From Bacteroidota bacterium (GTDB taxonomy: Bacteria > Bacteroidota > Ignavibacteria > UBA10030 > UBA6906): a stretch of DNA of 37,051 nt. The DNA lies in assembly GCA_046597825.1 (NCBI GenBank), contig JBKJJX010000133.1, forward strand, positions 1 to 37,051, read 5' to 3'. The notes under the pieces are model-generated. The model saw only the letters and a list, made by a program, of their open reading frames with translations. It did not search any database and was not told the origin of the DNA. How positions within the stretch are numbered: the first letter of the stretch is position 1; each line of letters begins with the position of its first letter. Positions 1 to 7,370 of this stretch are shown here, one piece after another. Made by a program: the position numbers and the translations under genes.

Positions 1-417
1 GTCCATGCCATCGACATTCAATACCGTCGTCATATACTCAACGGATGATGCCGCGTATTGTTGTGGGGCTTGATGAGCCGTAGCCACGAGCGAGCCTCCG
101 AAGTACGGGAAGGCAATCGCCACTGCTGCCACGAGCGTTGCACCCCACACGCTGATCTTATTCCACTTGCCGGCGCTTTGTATTGTACAGCTTCCATCCT
201 CACATTTCACTTCTCGTTTTCTGTACGTCAAATAAAATGCGAGCCCAAGAATCGTAACAGTGATTCCTACAAGGTACGGACGGTAGGCTTCGAAGGCGGA
301 AAATGCACCGATGCTTCCCACGCCGAGCAGCACAACTGCTATCGGTCCTATGCAGCAAAGAGACGCCACAATTGCAGTGACGACTCCTCCTACGGTTGAC
401 ATCGTTGTCTTGTTCAT
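1..417 (-). CDS. merTP: MerTP-like mercuric/heavy-metal transport protein (MerT membrane module followed by the start of an HMA/MerP domain); C-terminus lies beyond the window start
   Basis: My own minus-strand translation from ATG at 417-415 gives MNKTTMSTVGGVVTAIVASLCCIGPIAVVLLGVGSIGAFSAFEAYRPYLVGITVTILGLAFYLTYRKREVKCEDGSCTIQSAGKWNKISVWGATLVAAVAIAFPYFGGSLVATAHQAPQQYAASSVEYMTTVLNVDGMD, with no stop before position 1. It has a vicinal Cys pair in TM1 (LCCIGP), a second Cys pair (CEDGSC), and then the beginning of an HMA fold (VLNVDGMD, just before the expected CxxC). It is absent from the ORF track because it is open at the window edge. It starts 3 nt after the ArsR-family stop. Confidence 0.75.
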   Translation of the reverse strand, partial: MNKTTMSTVGGVVTAIVASLCCIGPIAVVLLGVGSIGAFSAFEAYRPYLVGITVTILGLAFYLTYRKREVKCEDGSCTIQSAGKWNKISVWGATLVAAVAIAFPYFGGSLVATAHQAPQQYAASSVEYMTTVLNVDGMD

Positions 418-420
418 TGA

Positions 421-825
421 TTAGTTCCTTTCGTTCAAGAGAAAGGCATGTTGCTCTTTTGTTTCGTCGAGGGCAAACATGTCCTCTAAGTTTGTCGTGA
501 AGATGGTCCGGACGAGGGAATAAAAAATCGTTTGTCCCTGTCGCCGGCTCTTGACAATGTTCTTATCCTTGAGTTTCCGTAAGTGTTGAGACACTGCGGA
601 GTCGGTCAGCTCCAACACTTCGGCAAGGTCGCACACGCACATCTCCTTGTGGGCATGCAAGAGATACAGGATTTTCACCCTCTGGTTGTTACCAGCGACC
701 CCCAACAAATCAGAGAGTGTTTCGAGCCCTTTTTGTTCTGCAAGGTTGCGCTTGATGAGAGCAAACTCGGCTTTCGAGAAATTTGGGCCTATACAGAGCT
801 TGCCTTCCACGGATATTTTCTTCAT
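421..825 (-). CDS. ArsR/SmtB-family metal-responsive transcriptional repressor
   Basis: 134-aa ORF with the winged-helix ArsR signature NNQRVKILYLLHAHKEMCVCDLAEVLELTDSAVSQHLRKLKDKNIVKSRRQGQTIFYSL. This includes the alpha3 CVC thiolate motif (compare ELCVCDL of ArsR). It lies immediately upstream of, and on the same strand as, the MerTP-like gene. Confidence 0.9.
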   Translation of the reverse strand: MKKISVEGKLCIGPNFSKAEFALIKRNLAEQKGLETLSDLLGVAGNNQRVKILYLLHAHKEMCVCDLAEVLELTDSAVSQHLRKLKDKNIVKSRRQGQTIFYSLVRTIFTTNLEDMFALDETKEQHAFLLNERN

Positions 826-840
826 GACCTTTTCTCTTAG

Positions 841-862
841 TAATTTAGCATCTGCTTAAATA
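841..862. promoter_or_regulatory. Candidate ArsR-family operator (imperfect 10-2-10 inverted repeat)
   Basis: TAATTTAGCA-TC-TGCTTAAATA, with 8 of 10 arm positions complementary. It sits 16-37 nt upstream of the regulator's ATG at 825. ArsR/SmtB repressors typically bind 12-2-12-type inverted repeats at their own promoters. No binding data are available. Confidence 0.3.
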
Positions 863-1178
863 CTATAGCAAGGTAGTCAGCAAATAGTTCCATGTCAAGC
901 ATTTTGTTTCACGATGCTCTTCTGCGCATCGACTCACAATAAATCAGTTACCTGTTGTTTGGCAGGAACGAGCTACTTTGGCTCACGCGTTAGCGATGCA
1001 ACGTAAGTCGTAGGCGCGTGGCGGGATGTTCGCTGCGCCCCTCGAAAGGCCTGCGTGGCGCAACACCATCTGCAATGAAGGAGAGGATCCACAAATAATA
1101 TATATCGGCGACACAGGTAGTTCAAGACTTCGTCCGTCTGTCCCTGCTTATTTCCACAGCCAGTATTGCCAATCCGGT

Positions 1179-1232
1179 ATGTCTCGGTTTGGAAACGCGC
1201 GGAGGGACTTAGCTTGATCCAAACTGAGACAT
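1179..1232 (+). promoter_or_regulatory. Strong stem-loop in the tatT leader/intergenic region (function unknown)
   Basis: ATGTCTCGGTTTGG (1179-1192) pairs with CCAAACTGAGACAT (1219-1232): 14 bp including one G-U (1186/1225), with a 26-nt loop. The G-U becomes a C-A mismatch on the minus-strand transcript, so the fold is slightly better as plus-strand RNA. It ends 73 nt upstream of the tatT ATG and has no U-tract after it. Confidence 0.4.
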
Positions 1233-1304
1233 TACCCCCAATCCTTCAGCGTTGGAATCTTTTCCGATTATGCCTATCTTTTTCCCACGAATTTCAGGAC
1301 CCGA

Positions 1305-2165
1305 ATGAACTTGCGTTTTCTTACCATACTTGCTGCAGCCCTCCTTTTCTCCGGATGTATTCAAACCATTGCAGTCCGCTCTGTTGGCGGCATCGTTGAC
1401 GACGGCTTCGACGCCATGACGGAAGAGTCCGACCTCCAGTTTGCGGAACAGGCTTTGCCCGCAAATCTGAAACTTCTCGAGGTAATGCTGAAGAACGATC
1501 CGGAGAACGAACGCCTGCTGAAGCTGCTTGCCGAAGGATACTCCAGCTATGCGCTGGGATTTGTAGAAGATGTTGATGTAGAGCGTGCCCGTGTGTTCTA
1601 TTTGCGCGCCCGTGATTTCGGCATGCGGATTCTTCGCCAGGATTCAAAGCTCGCAGCCGCCCTTGACGGTTCGGCGGATGATTTGAAATCTGCTTTACAG
1701 AAAAAATCAAAGAATGATGTTCCGGGACTTTTCTGGACAGCCTTTGCGATGGGGAGCTATCTGAACATCTCGCTGACCAATACAGATGCCATTGCGTCGA
1801 TCCCGAAGATCGAGGCCATGATGAATTTCGTTGTGGAGAAAGATTCATCCTTCTATTATGGCGGAGCGCATCTTTTTCTCGGCACACTCTACGGCAGCCG
1901 CTCTAAATTCCTTGGCGGCGACCCGGAAATCTCGCGGAACCATTTCGAGAAGGCAATGCGTTTAAATGAAGGCAAGTTCCTGATGACGCAAGTGTACTAT
2001 GCGAAATCGTATGCGGCACAGACATTAAACGATTCACTGTTCACTGCATTGCTGACGCAGGTTGAGGAAGCGTCGCTGGATATTTTGCCAAAGTTCCGGC
2101 TCGGCAATGCAATTGCAAAGAAAAAGGCGAAGCTGTTGATGGCAAGGAAAGATGAGTTGTTTTAG
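1305..2165 (+). CDS. tatT: TRAP-transporter-associated TatT-family lipoprotein (TPR-like helical repeat protein)
   Basis: 286 aa with a lipoprotein signal and lipobox (AALLFSGC). The helical body contains AEQALPANLKLLEVMLKNDPENERLLKLLAEGYSSYALGFVED, which I recognise as the TatT (Treponema pallidum Tp0956-type) family. It lies directly upstream of dctP-dctQ-dctM. AGGA occurs 5 nt before the ATG. Confidence 0.75.
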   Translation: MNLRFLTILAAALLFSGCIQTIAVRSVGGIVDDGFDAMTEESDLQFAEQALPANLKLLEVMLKNDPENERLLKLLAEGYSSYALGFVEDVDVERARVFYLRARDFGMRILRQDSKLAAALDGSADDLKSALQKKSKNDVPGLFWTAFAMGSYLNISLTNTDAIASIPKIEAMMNFVVEKDSSFYYGGAHLFLGTLYGSRSKFLGGDPEISRNHFEKAMRLNEGKFLMTQVYYAKSYAAQTLNDSLFTALLTQVEEASLDILPKFRLGNAIAKKKAKLLMARKDELF

Positions 2166-2182
2166 TTCGTAGAAAAGAAAAC

Positions 2183-2206
2183 CACGAAGGCACCAAGGCA
2201 CGAAGG
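2183..2206 (+). repeat. Three tandem octamers CACGAAGG-CACCAAGG-CACGAAGG immediately upstream of dctP
   Basis: Read directly at 2183-2190, 2191-2198 and 2199-2206. The last unit supplies the AAGGA Shine-Dalgarno 7 nt before the dctP ATG. Related CACGAAGN octamers occur at 34026-34049. Confidence 0.7.
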
Positions 2207-2212
2207 AAATAC

Positions 2213-3253
2213 ATGATTAAGAAAATTCTGTTTGTCGCCAACTTGCTATTGATGTGTGGCTTGGCTGCCAACGCACAGCAATACACAATCAAGTTTGCCT
2301 CGCTTGCGCCGGAGGGAAGCACGTGGACGAATGTACTGCGTGAGTATGACGCAGCGGTTCGAAAAGAAAGCGGCGGCCGGCTTGGCTTTAAGATATACGC
2401 CGGCGGCGTGCAGGGCGAGGATAAGGATGTTCTCCGCAAGATGAGACTTGGTCAACTGCAGAGCGCGGGGCTTACGGGTGTTGGACTCGGCGAGATTGTG
2501 CCGAAAGTTCGCATACTCGATTCTCCGTTTCTGTTCCGGAATTATAACGAAGTCGATCACATTTACACATCTTTTGCCGAAGAGTTTGACAATGCATTCC
2601 GTGCAAACGGATATGTGCTGCTCGGCTGGGCTGAGGTCGGTTGGGTGTATGTCCTGACCAACACGCCGGTGCGCACGCTTGCCGACATGAACGGCGTAAA
2701 AATGTGGATGTGGGAAGGTGATAAAGTCGCCGAGGCAACATTCAAAGCGCTCGGCATCAACCCGATTCCGCTTTCCGTGATCGACGTGTTGACGTCGCTG
2801 CAAACGGGGCTCATCAACGGCGCGTACACCTCACCGCTTGCCGCGCTGGTGCTGCAATGGAACACCCGCGTGAAGTACATGATGAATCTGCCGCTTGCCG
2901 ATGCTTCCGGTGGCGTCGTTATCACAAAGAAAAAATTCGATGAGCTTCCGCCCGACATGCAGGAGATCCTTGTCCGCAACGGAAAAAAATACATGCGTTC
3001 GCTGACACTTCAATCCAGAAAAGAAAATGCTGACGCTATACTGACACTGAAGAAGAGTGGCCTCCAGTTGGTGGAGGTGACCTCATCGACGATTAACGAT
3101 TATGTTGCTGCCGGCAAAAAAGCCCGGCAGTGGCTGGTTGGCCCGCTGTACGATCGTGATTTTCTTACCCGCATCGAGAAATCTCTTGTCGACTTTCGTG
3201 CGAGTGAGGCGTCCGCAAAATCTTCAGGTGAAAAAGGCGGCTCGAAGAAATGA
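2213..3253 (+). CDS. dctP: TRAP transporter periplasmic substrate-binding protein (DctP family)
   Basis: 346 aa with a signal peptide (LLMCGLAANAQ) and a DctP-family pattern (IKFASLAPEGSTW, LQTGLINGAYTSPLAA). Its stop overlaps the dctQ start (ATGA at 3250). Confidence 0.85.
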   Translation: MIKKILFVANLLLMCGLAANAQQYTIKFASLAPEGSTWTNVLREYDAAVRKESGGRLGFKIYAGGVQGEDKDVLRKMRLGQLQSAGLTGVGLGEIVPKVRILDSPFLFRNYNEVDHIYTSFAEEFDNAFRANGYVLLGWAEVGWVYVLTNTPVRTLADMNGVKMWMWEGDKVAEATFKALGINPIPLSVIDVLTSLQTGLINGAYTSPLAALVLQWNTRVKYMMNLPLADASGGVVITKKKFDELPPDMQEILVRNGKKYMRSLTLQSRKENADAILTLKKSGLQLVEVTSSTINDYVAAGKKARQWLVGPLYDRDFLTRIEKSLVDFRASEASAKSSGEKGGSKK

Positions 3254-3753
3254 CGCTGCTGCGCGCCATCGAGAAAAATCTTGTCAAAGCAGAGACTGGC
3301 TTTCTTGTTCTCTTCTTTGGCGCGATGATCATACTTTCCTTCCTTCAGGTCATCCTTCGTAATTTCTTCGGCACCGGTTTGTTGTGGGCGGATACGCTCG
3401 TACGCCATCTCGTTATTTGGGTCGGCTTCATGGGCGCCGCGATTGCCACACACGAAGGCCGTCACATCAGCATCGATGCGCTCACGAAGTTCTTCTCGCC
3501 CCGATGGAAGGCTGTCTCTCAAATTCTCACGTCGCTTTTTGCAATTGTTGTCTGCTACTATCTTGCCGATGCCGCGCTTGTGTTCCTGAGAGATGAACAG
3601 GCTTCCGGCAGCGATCTTGTTCTTTCCATCCCGACGTGGGTTGCGTTGATTGTCATTCCAACCGGTTACGGCCTGATGGCAATTCACTTTCTTGTCAAGG
3701 TCGTTGAATACACGATGCAGCTTCTCGGAAAAGATGCGGGGGCCGCGCCATGA
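3250..3753 (+). CDS. dctQ: TRAP transporter small permease (DctQ family)
   Basis: 167 aa with four predicted TM helices. It has ATGA overlaps with both dctP (3250) and dctM (3750). Confidence 0.85.
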   Translation: MTLLRAIEKNLVKAETGFLVLFFGAMIILSFLQVILRNFFGTGLLWADTLVRHLVIWVGFMGAAIATHEGRHISIDALTKFFSPRWKAVSQILTSLFAIVVCYYLADAALVFLRDEQASGSDLVLSIPTWVALIVIPTGYGLMAIHFLVKVVEYTMQLLGKDAGAAP

Positions 3754-5030
3754 GCGTATTCCTCGTCGGATTGATTCTCTTGCTGTTCGCATTGCTCGGC
3801 GCCCCGCTCTTTACGCTGATCGGCGCTATTGCAATGATGAGCTTCGCATCTGAAGGGATCGAGAGCTCGGCCGTTATGGTTGAGCTCTACCGCATTTGCA
3901 GCAGCCCGACGCTTGTTGCCATTCCGCTCTTTACGTTTGCCGGCTATGTTCTTGCGGAAAGCAAAACGCCGGTGCGGCTCGTGAATCTTGCGCGGGCATT
4001 TTTCGGATGGATGCAGGGCGGACTCTCCGTCGTTGTGCTCGTTACCTGTGCCGTCTTTACAGCGTTCACCGGAGCTTCGGGCGTTACGATTGTTGCGCTC
4101 GGGGGACTTCTGTTGCCGATTCTTCTCAAAGAACAGTATCCCGAAAAATTCTCGCTCGGACTCATTACCACATCGGGAAGCCTGGGACTTTTATTTCCTC
4201 CCAGCCTTCCGCTCATTCTGTACGCGCTGATCGGGAAAATCAGCATCGACAAATTATTTGTTGCGGGGCTTCTCCCCGGTATTTTTCTGGTGGTGGTCCT
4301 TTCATTGTACGGTATCCGGCAGGGAAGAAAAGCAAAGGTCCCGACGATTCCCTTTACGTGGGCGAATGTCCGGAGCTCAACGCGTGCAGCGCTATGGGAA
4401 CTGCCCCTACCGTTTATTATTATTGGCGGCATTTACAGCGGGGCATTTACCGCGACGGAGGCCGCCGCAGTAACGGCTTTCTACGTGCTGATTGTCGAAG
4501 TATTTATCTACAGAGACCTGAATTTGTTCCGTGACATTCCCCGCGTTATGCGGGATAGCATGGTGCTCGTCGGCGCAATCCTGATGATCATCGGGACGGC
4601 GATGGGACTGACGAATTATCTCGTTGATGAAGAAGTGCCGATGAAGTTGTTCGAGTTTACGAAAACATTCATCAGCAGTCCGATAATGTTTCTTGTTGTG
4701 CTAAACATATTCCTCCTCATCGTGGGGATGATGATGGATATTTTTTCTGCTATAATTGTCGTTGTTCCGCTTATTGCACCAATTGCCGCAGCATATGGAA
4801 TCAACCCTGTGCATCTCGGAATTATCTTTCTTACCAATCTGGAAATTGGCTACCTTACACCACCTGTCGGGCTGAATCTTTTTATTTCAAGCATCCGTTT
4901 CCAGAAACCTGTCTTTACAATTGTCCGGGCGACTCTGCCGTATATCGGCATCTTGCTGGTTGCGCTTATCATTATCACATATGTCCCGGCAGTAAGTTTG
5001 TGGTTGGTGGATGTGCTGGGAGTAAAGTAG
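3750..5030 (+). CDS. dctM: TRAP transporter large permease (DctM family)
   Basis: 426 aa, polytopic, with typical DctM segments (FTGASGVTIVALGGLLLPIL, LTPPVGLNLF). Confidence 0.9.
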   Translation: MSVFLVGLILLLFALLGAPLFTLIGAIAMMSFASEGIESSAVMVELYRICSSPTLVAIPLFTFAGYVLAESKTPVRLVNLARAFFGWMQGGLSVVVLVTCAVFTAFTGASGVTIVALGGLLLPILLKEQYPEKFSLGLITTSGSLGLLFPPSLPLILYALIGKISIDKLFVAGLLPGIFLVVVLSLYGIRQGRKAKVPTIPFTWANVRSSTRAALWELPLPFIIIGGIYSGAFTATEAAAVTAFYVLIVEVFIYRDLNLFRDIPRVMRDSMVLVGAILMIIGTAMGLTNYLVDEEVPMKLFEFTKTFISSPIMFLVVLNIFLLIVGMMMDIFSAIIVVVPLIAPIAAAYGINPVHLGIIFLTNLEIGYLTPPVGLNLFISSIRFQKPVFTIVRATLPYIGILLVALIIITYVPAVSLWLVDVLGVK

Positions 5031-5078
5031 GTCCTTTCTTATCGAATGTTCCTGTCCAATTGCGTCTCTGTTGGCTTT

Positions 5079-5101
5079 CGGCCCGGAAGTGTTCCGGGCT
5101 G
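5079..5101 (+). terminator. Intrinsic terminator after dctM
   Basis: GCCCGGAA (5081-5088) pairs with TTCCGGGC (5092-5099) around loop GTG. The stem is extendable by G-U and C-G pairs to 5079/5101. It is followed by the T-rich tail AATTTGTTCAATTTATTTT and lies 49 nt after the dctM stop. Confidence 0.7.
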
Positions 5102-5165
5102 AATTTGTTCAATTTATTTTCAACGCTATTTGATTTCTCATCACAAACACATCTGAAGGGAACCT

Positions 5166-6449
5166 GTGGAATTTGCCCCGGTCCTCATATTCGTCGGTCT
5201 TCTCGTCTTCCTTTCACACCTCTTCGTTGCACTCTTCGAACGGACGAAGGTCCCGGATGTCCTCTACCTGATTCTCATCGGCATTGTCATCGGGCCGATA
5301 CTGCATATTGTCTCCCCGCTGGATTTCGGCAAGGTGGGACATGTGTTTACCACCGTTGCGCTTGTTGTTATTCTCTTTGAGGGTGGCCTTGAACTGAGTT
5401 ACCAACACTTGCGCGTTTCACTTCGCAGCACAATGGTGATCACGCTGATAAGTTACGTCGCGGCGTTTGTTGTTATCGCCGGGCTGGTTTTTTGGCTGAT
5501 GGATCTCACCCTGTTGCTGACGTTTTTTGTTGCCGCGGTTCTTGCCGCGCCCGCGCCCGCCGTAGTAATTCCTCTGGTGCGCCAATTGACTCTGAGCCGG
5601 CCAACGAAGACAACCCTTACACTTGAGTCGCCGCTGGGAGAAGCATTTGGTATCGTCGTTGCTCTTGGTATCCTGGAGTCTGTACGCTTCGAATCCATTC
5701 AGGTGGGATACCTTATTGGAAAGCTCATGGCGTCTTTTGTTTTTGCTCTTGTTATTGGGGGACTGGGTGGATTTACGTGGTCGGTTCTTCTGCACAGAGT
5801 CCGCAATCTCCGGTTTGCGATCTTCACGACTCCAGCCTTCCTGCTTGTGCTGTTCGGACTTACAGAGTTTCTGGGATTCAGCGGCCCCGTATCAGCGCTA
5901 ACATTCGGCGTGACGCTGGCAAATGCAGGAACGAAAAAAATTCCCTGGCTCGCAAAGAAATACAATCTTACTCCTCTGCAACATAACGAAACGGAGCGGG
6001 CATTCTTTGGCGAGATTGTTTTCCTGATCAAGACATTCTTTTTTGTTTACCTTGGGCTCTCAGTCACATTTGTGGATCTGTGGACGTTGATGATTGGGGT
6101 TGTGTTAACCGCAGGTCTGGTCATTGCCCGGATTCTTGCCGTTCGGGTTTCAACGCAGAAGAGGGTCACGCAACGCAAGGACGCATTGTTGATGAGTGTG
6201 ATGGTTCCCAAGGGAACAGCGGCGGCAGTGCTGGCCGCAATTCCTCTGCAGTTATTATTGCCGGGCGGCGAAGAAATCCAAAACATTATCTACTCGGTGG
6301 TTGTCGTAAGCATTGTTGTCACTGCCTTGCTTCTGTTTCTTGTAGAGAAAACTATTTTTGCAAAGGCTCTTGGAATCATCTTCTCAAGCTATCATTCTGT
6401 TATTAAGTTGAAGGAAGATGTTCCGGAGCTGCCTGCGCCAGCAGAATAA
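5166..6449 (+). CDS. Cation:proton antiporter (Na_H_Exchanger/CPA family) with an atypical TM5 motif
   Basis: 427 aa with a GTG start and GAAGGGA 6 nt upstream. It is polytopic with a CPA N-terminus (LSHLFVALFERTKVPDVLYLILIGIVIGP). The conserved ESxxND segment reads LESPLGEAFGIVVAL, so GE replaces ND. Confidence 0.85.
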   Translation: MEFAPVLIFVGLLVFLSHLFVALFERTKVPDVLYLILIGIVIGPILHIVSPLDFGKVGHVFTTVALVVILFEGGLELSYQHLRVSLRSTMVITLISYVAAFVVIAGLVFWLMDLTLLLTFFVAAVLAAPAPAVVIPLVRQLTLSRPTKTTLTLESPLGEAFGIVVALGILESVRFESIQVGYLIGKLMASFVFALVIGGLGGFTWSVLLHRVRNLRFAIFTTPAFLLVLFGLTEFLGFSGPVSALTFGVTLANAGTKKIPWLAKKYNLTPLQHNETERAFFGEIVFLIKTFFFVYLGLSVTFVDLWTLMIGVVLTAGLVIARILAVRVSTQKRVTQRKDALLMSVMVPKGTAAAVLAAIPLQLLLPGGEEIQNIIYSVVVVSIVVTALLLFLVEKTIFAKALGIIFSSYHSVIKLKEDVPELPAPAE

Positions 6450-6466
6450 GTCAGGAGGGTTATACA

Positions 6467-7370
6467 GTGTTCGATTACATAAGAAATGTGTTCGGTGTCC
6501 GGCTCTTTACCCTGGGCAGTACTGAGTTTACAATCTGGGTTGTCGCGTATTTGCTTTTTTTGGTAATCGGCCTGGTCATACTATCACGGCTCCTGAAACG
6601 ATGGCTGATTAAGAGCGTGCTCGCCCGCAGGAATCTTGACCCCGGCGTTGGCCAGGCAATTGCAACAATCTTCCAGTATCTGTTTGTGGTGGTGGGGCTT
6701 CTCGTTATCATGAGCACCGCCGGGATTGATCTCACGACTCTGAACGTTCTTGCGGGTGCGGTCGGTATCGGGGTCGGGTTCGGACTTCAGACTATCGCGA
6801 ACAATTTTATCAGCGGACTGATTATTCTGTTCGAGCAGCCCGATTAAAGTTGGAGATAGAATTCAGGTGGGCGATGTTACCGGCGACGTGGTACGCATTG
6901 GGGCACGCGCAACCACGATCAAGACGAACGATAATATCGAAATCATTGTTCCGAATGCAGAGTTCATTTCATCGCAGGTGATTAACTGGAGCCACTCGGA
7001 CAGGGAAGTGCGGTTGCACATTCCGGTCGGCGTTTCTTACTCCTCCAATCCGGAGGAAGTACGCGATATTCTGATTGAGGTCGCGGGGTCTCATCCCGGC
7101 GTTCCCCAAAGTCCTCCGCCCGATGTTATATTCATAGAATTTGCAGACAGTTCATTGAATTTTGATCTCAGAGTCTGGACGAGCGACTTTATAACGAAGA
7201 CAAAAATTCTGCGGAGCGATTTAAATTTTGCAATCCAGAAGAAATTCAAAGAACGGGGAGTTGAAATACCATTTCCCCAGCGCGATATCCACGTGCGGTC
7301 CGGAGTCCTCGGCCTCGAGTCGAAGAATGAACCGACGACGATTGTTCAGAAAAAGAAAAGGTCAGCATGA
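6467..7370 (+). pseudogene. Small MscS-family mechanosensitive channel interrupted by a 1-nt frameshift (ORFs 6467-6847 and 6867-7370)
   Basis: ORF1 ends ...GFGLQTIANNFISGLIILFEQPD* (MscS TM3 pore helix). The next frame reads IKVGDRIQVGDVTGDVVRIGARATTIKTNDNIEIIVPNAEFISSQVINWS from 6843 onward (MscS beta-domain). Removing one C from the CCC run at 6839-6841 restores ...LFEQPIKVGDRIQV..., the canonical MscS junction. AGGAGGG lies 6 nt before the GTG at 6467. Confidence 0.85.

Noticed and set aside
58-399. 113-aa plus-strand ORF at the window start
   Set aside because: It lies entirely antisense to the much better supported MerTP-like gene (motifs LCCIGP, CEDGSC, HMA start). It has no recognisable motif and a Cys/His/Arg-rich junk composition.
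862-898. Sigma70-type promoter for the ArsR gene: perfect TTGACA (minus strand, 893-898) and TATAGT (862-867)
   Set aside because: The spacing between the hexamers is 25 nt, far from the 16-18 nt optimum. The alternative -10 at 17 nt (TACCTT) is poor. I do not annotate it as a promoter.
1195-1240. TPP-riboswitch-like words (GCGGAGGGA, GATCC, CTGAGA, ACCCC) in the tatT upstream region
   Set aside because: The conserved words occur in the wrong order relative to the THI-element consensus (GGGG...CTGAGA...ACCTGATC...GCG.AGGGA), and the P1-P5 helices cannot be drawn. This is probably coincidence. Only an Infernal scan would settle it.
1168-1246. Possible MITE: 14-bp inverted repeats flanked by direct CCAATCC repeats
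   Set aside because: The direct repeats are not immediately adjacent to the inverted-repeat ends (3 nt on one side, 6 on the other). There is no second copy in the window and the element would be only about 54 bp. It is treated as a plain stem-loop instead.
1026-1399. ORFs 1026-1217 (63 aa) and 1166-1399 (77 aa) in the large spacer
   Set aside because: They have no SD and no recognisable motif. The second overlaps the well-supported tatT start. Their composition looks non-coding.
5683-5692. tRNA T-loop-like word CTTCGAATCC
   Set aside because: It is inside the CPA antiporter CDS with no flanking acceptor or anticodon stems. I found no tRNA, rRNA, tmRNA, RNase P or SRP consensus elements anywhere in the window by eye.
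6839-6847. Programmed +1 frameshift (prfB-like) at CCC GAT TAA in the MscS gene
   Set aside because: The in-frame stop is not adjacent to the slippery CCC codon, and there is no upstream SD-like stimulator at the usual spacing. No precedent for recoding in MscS genes is known to me. It is kept only as a minor alternative in the frameshift finding.
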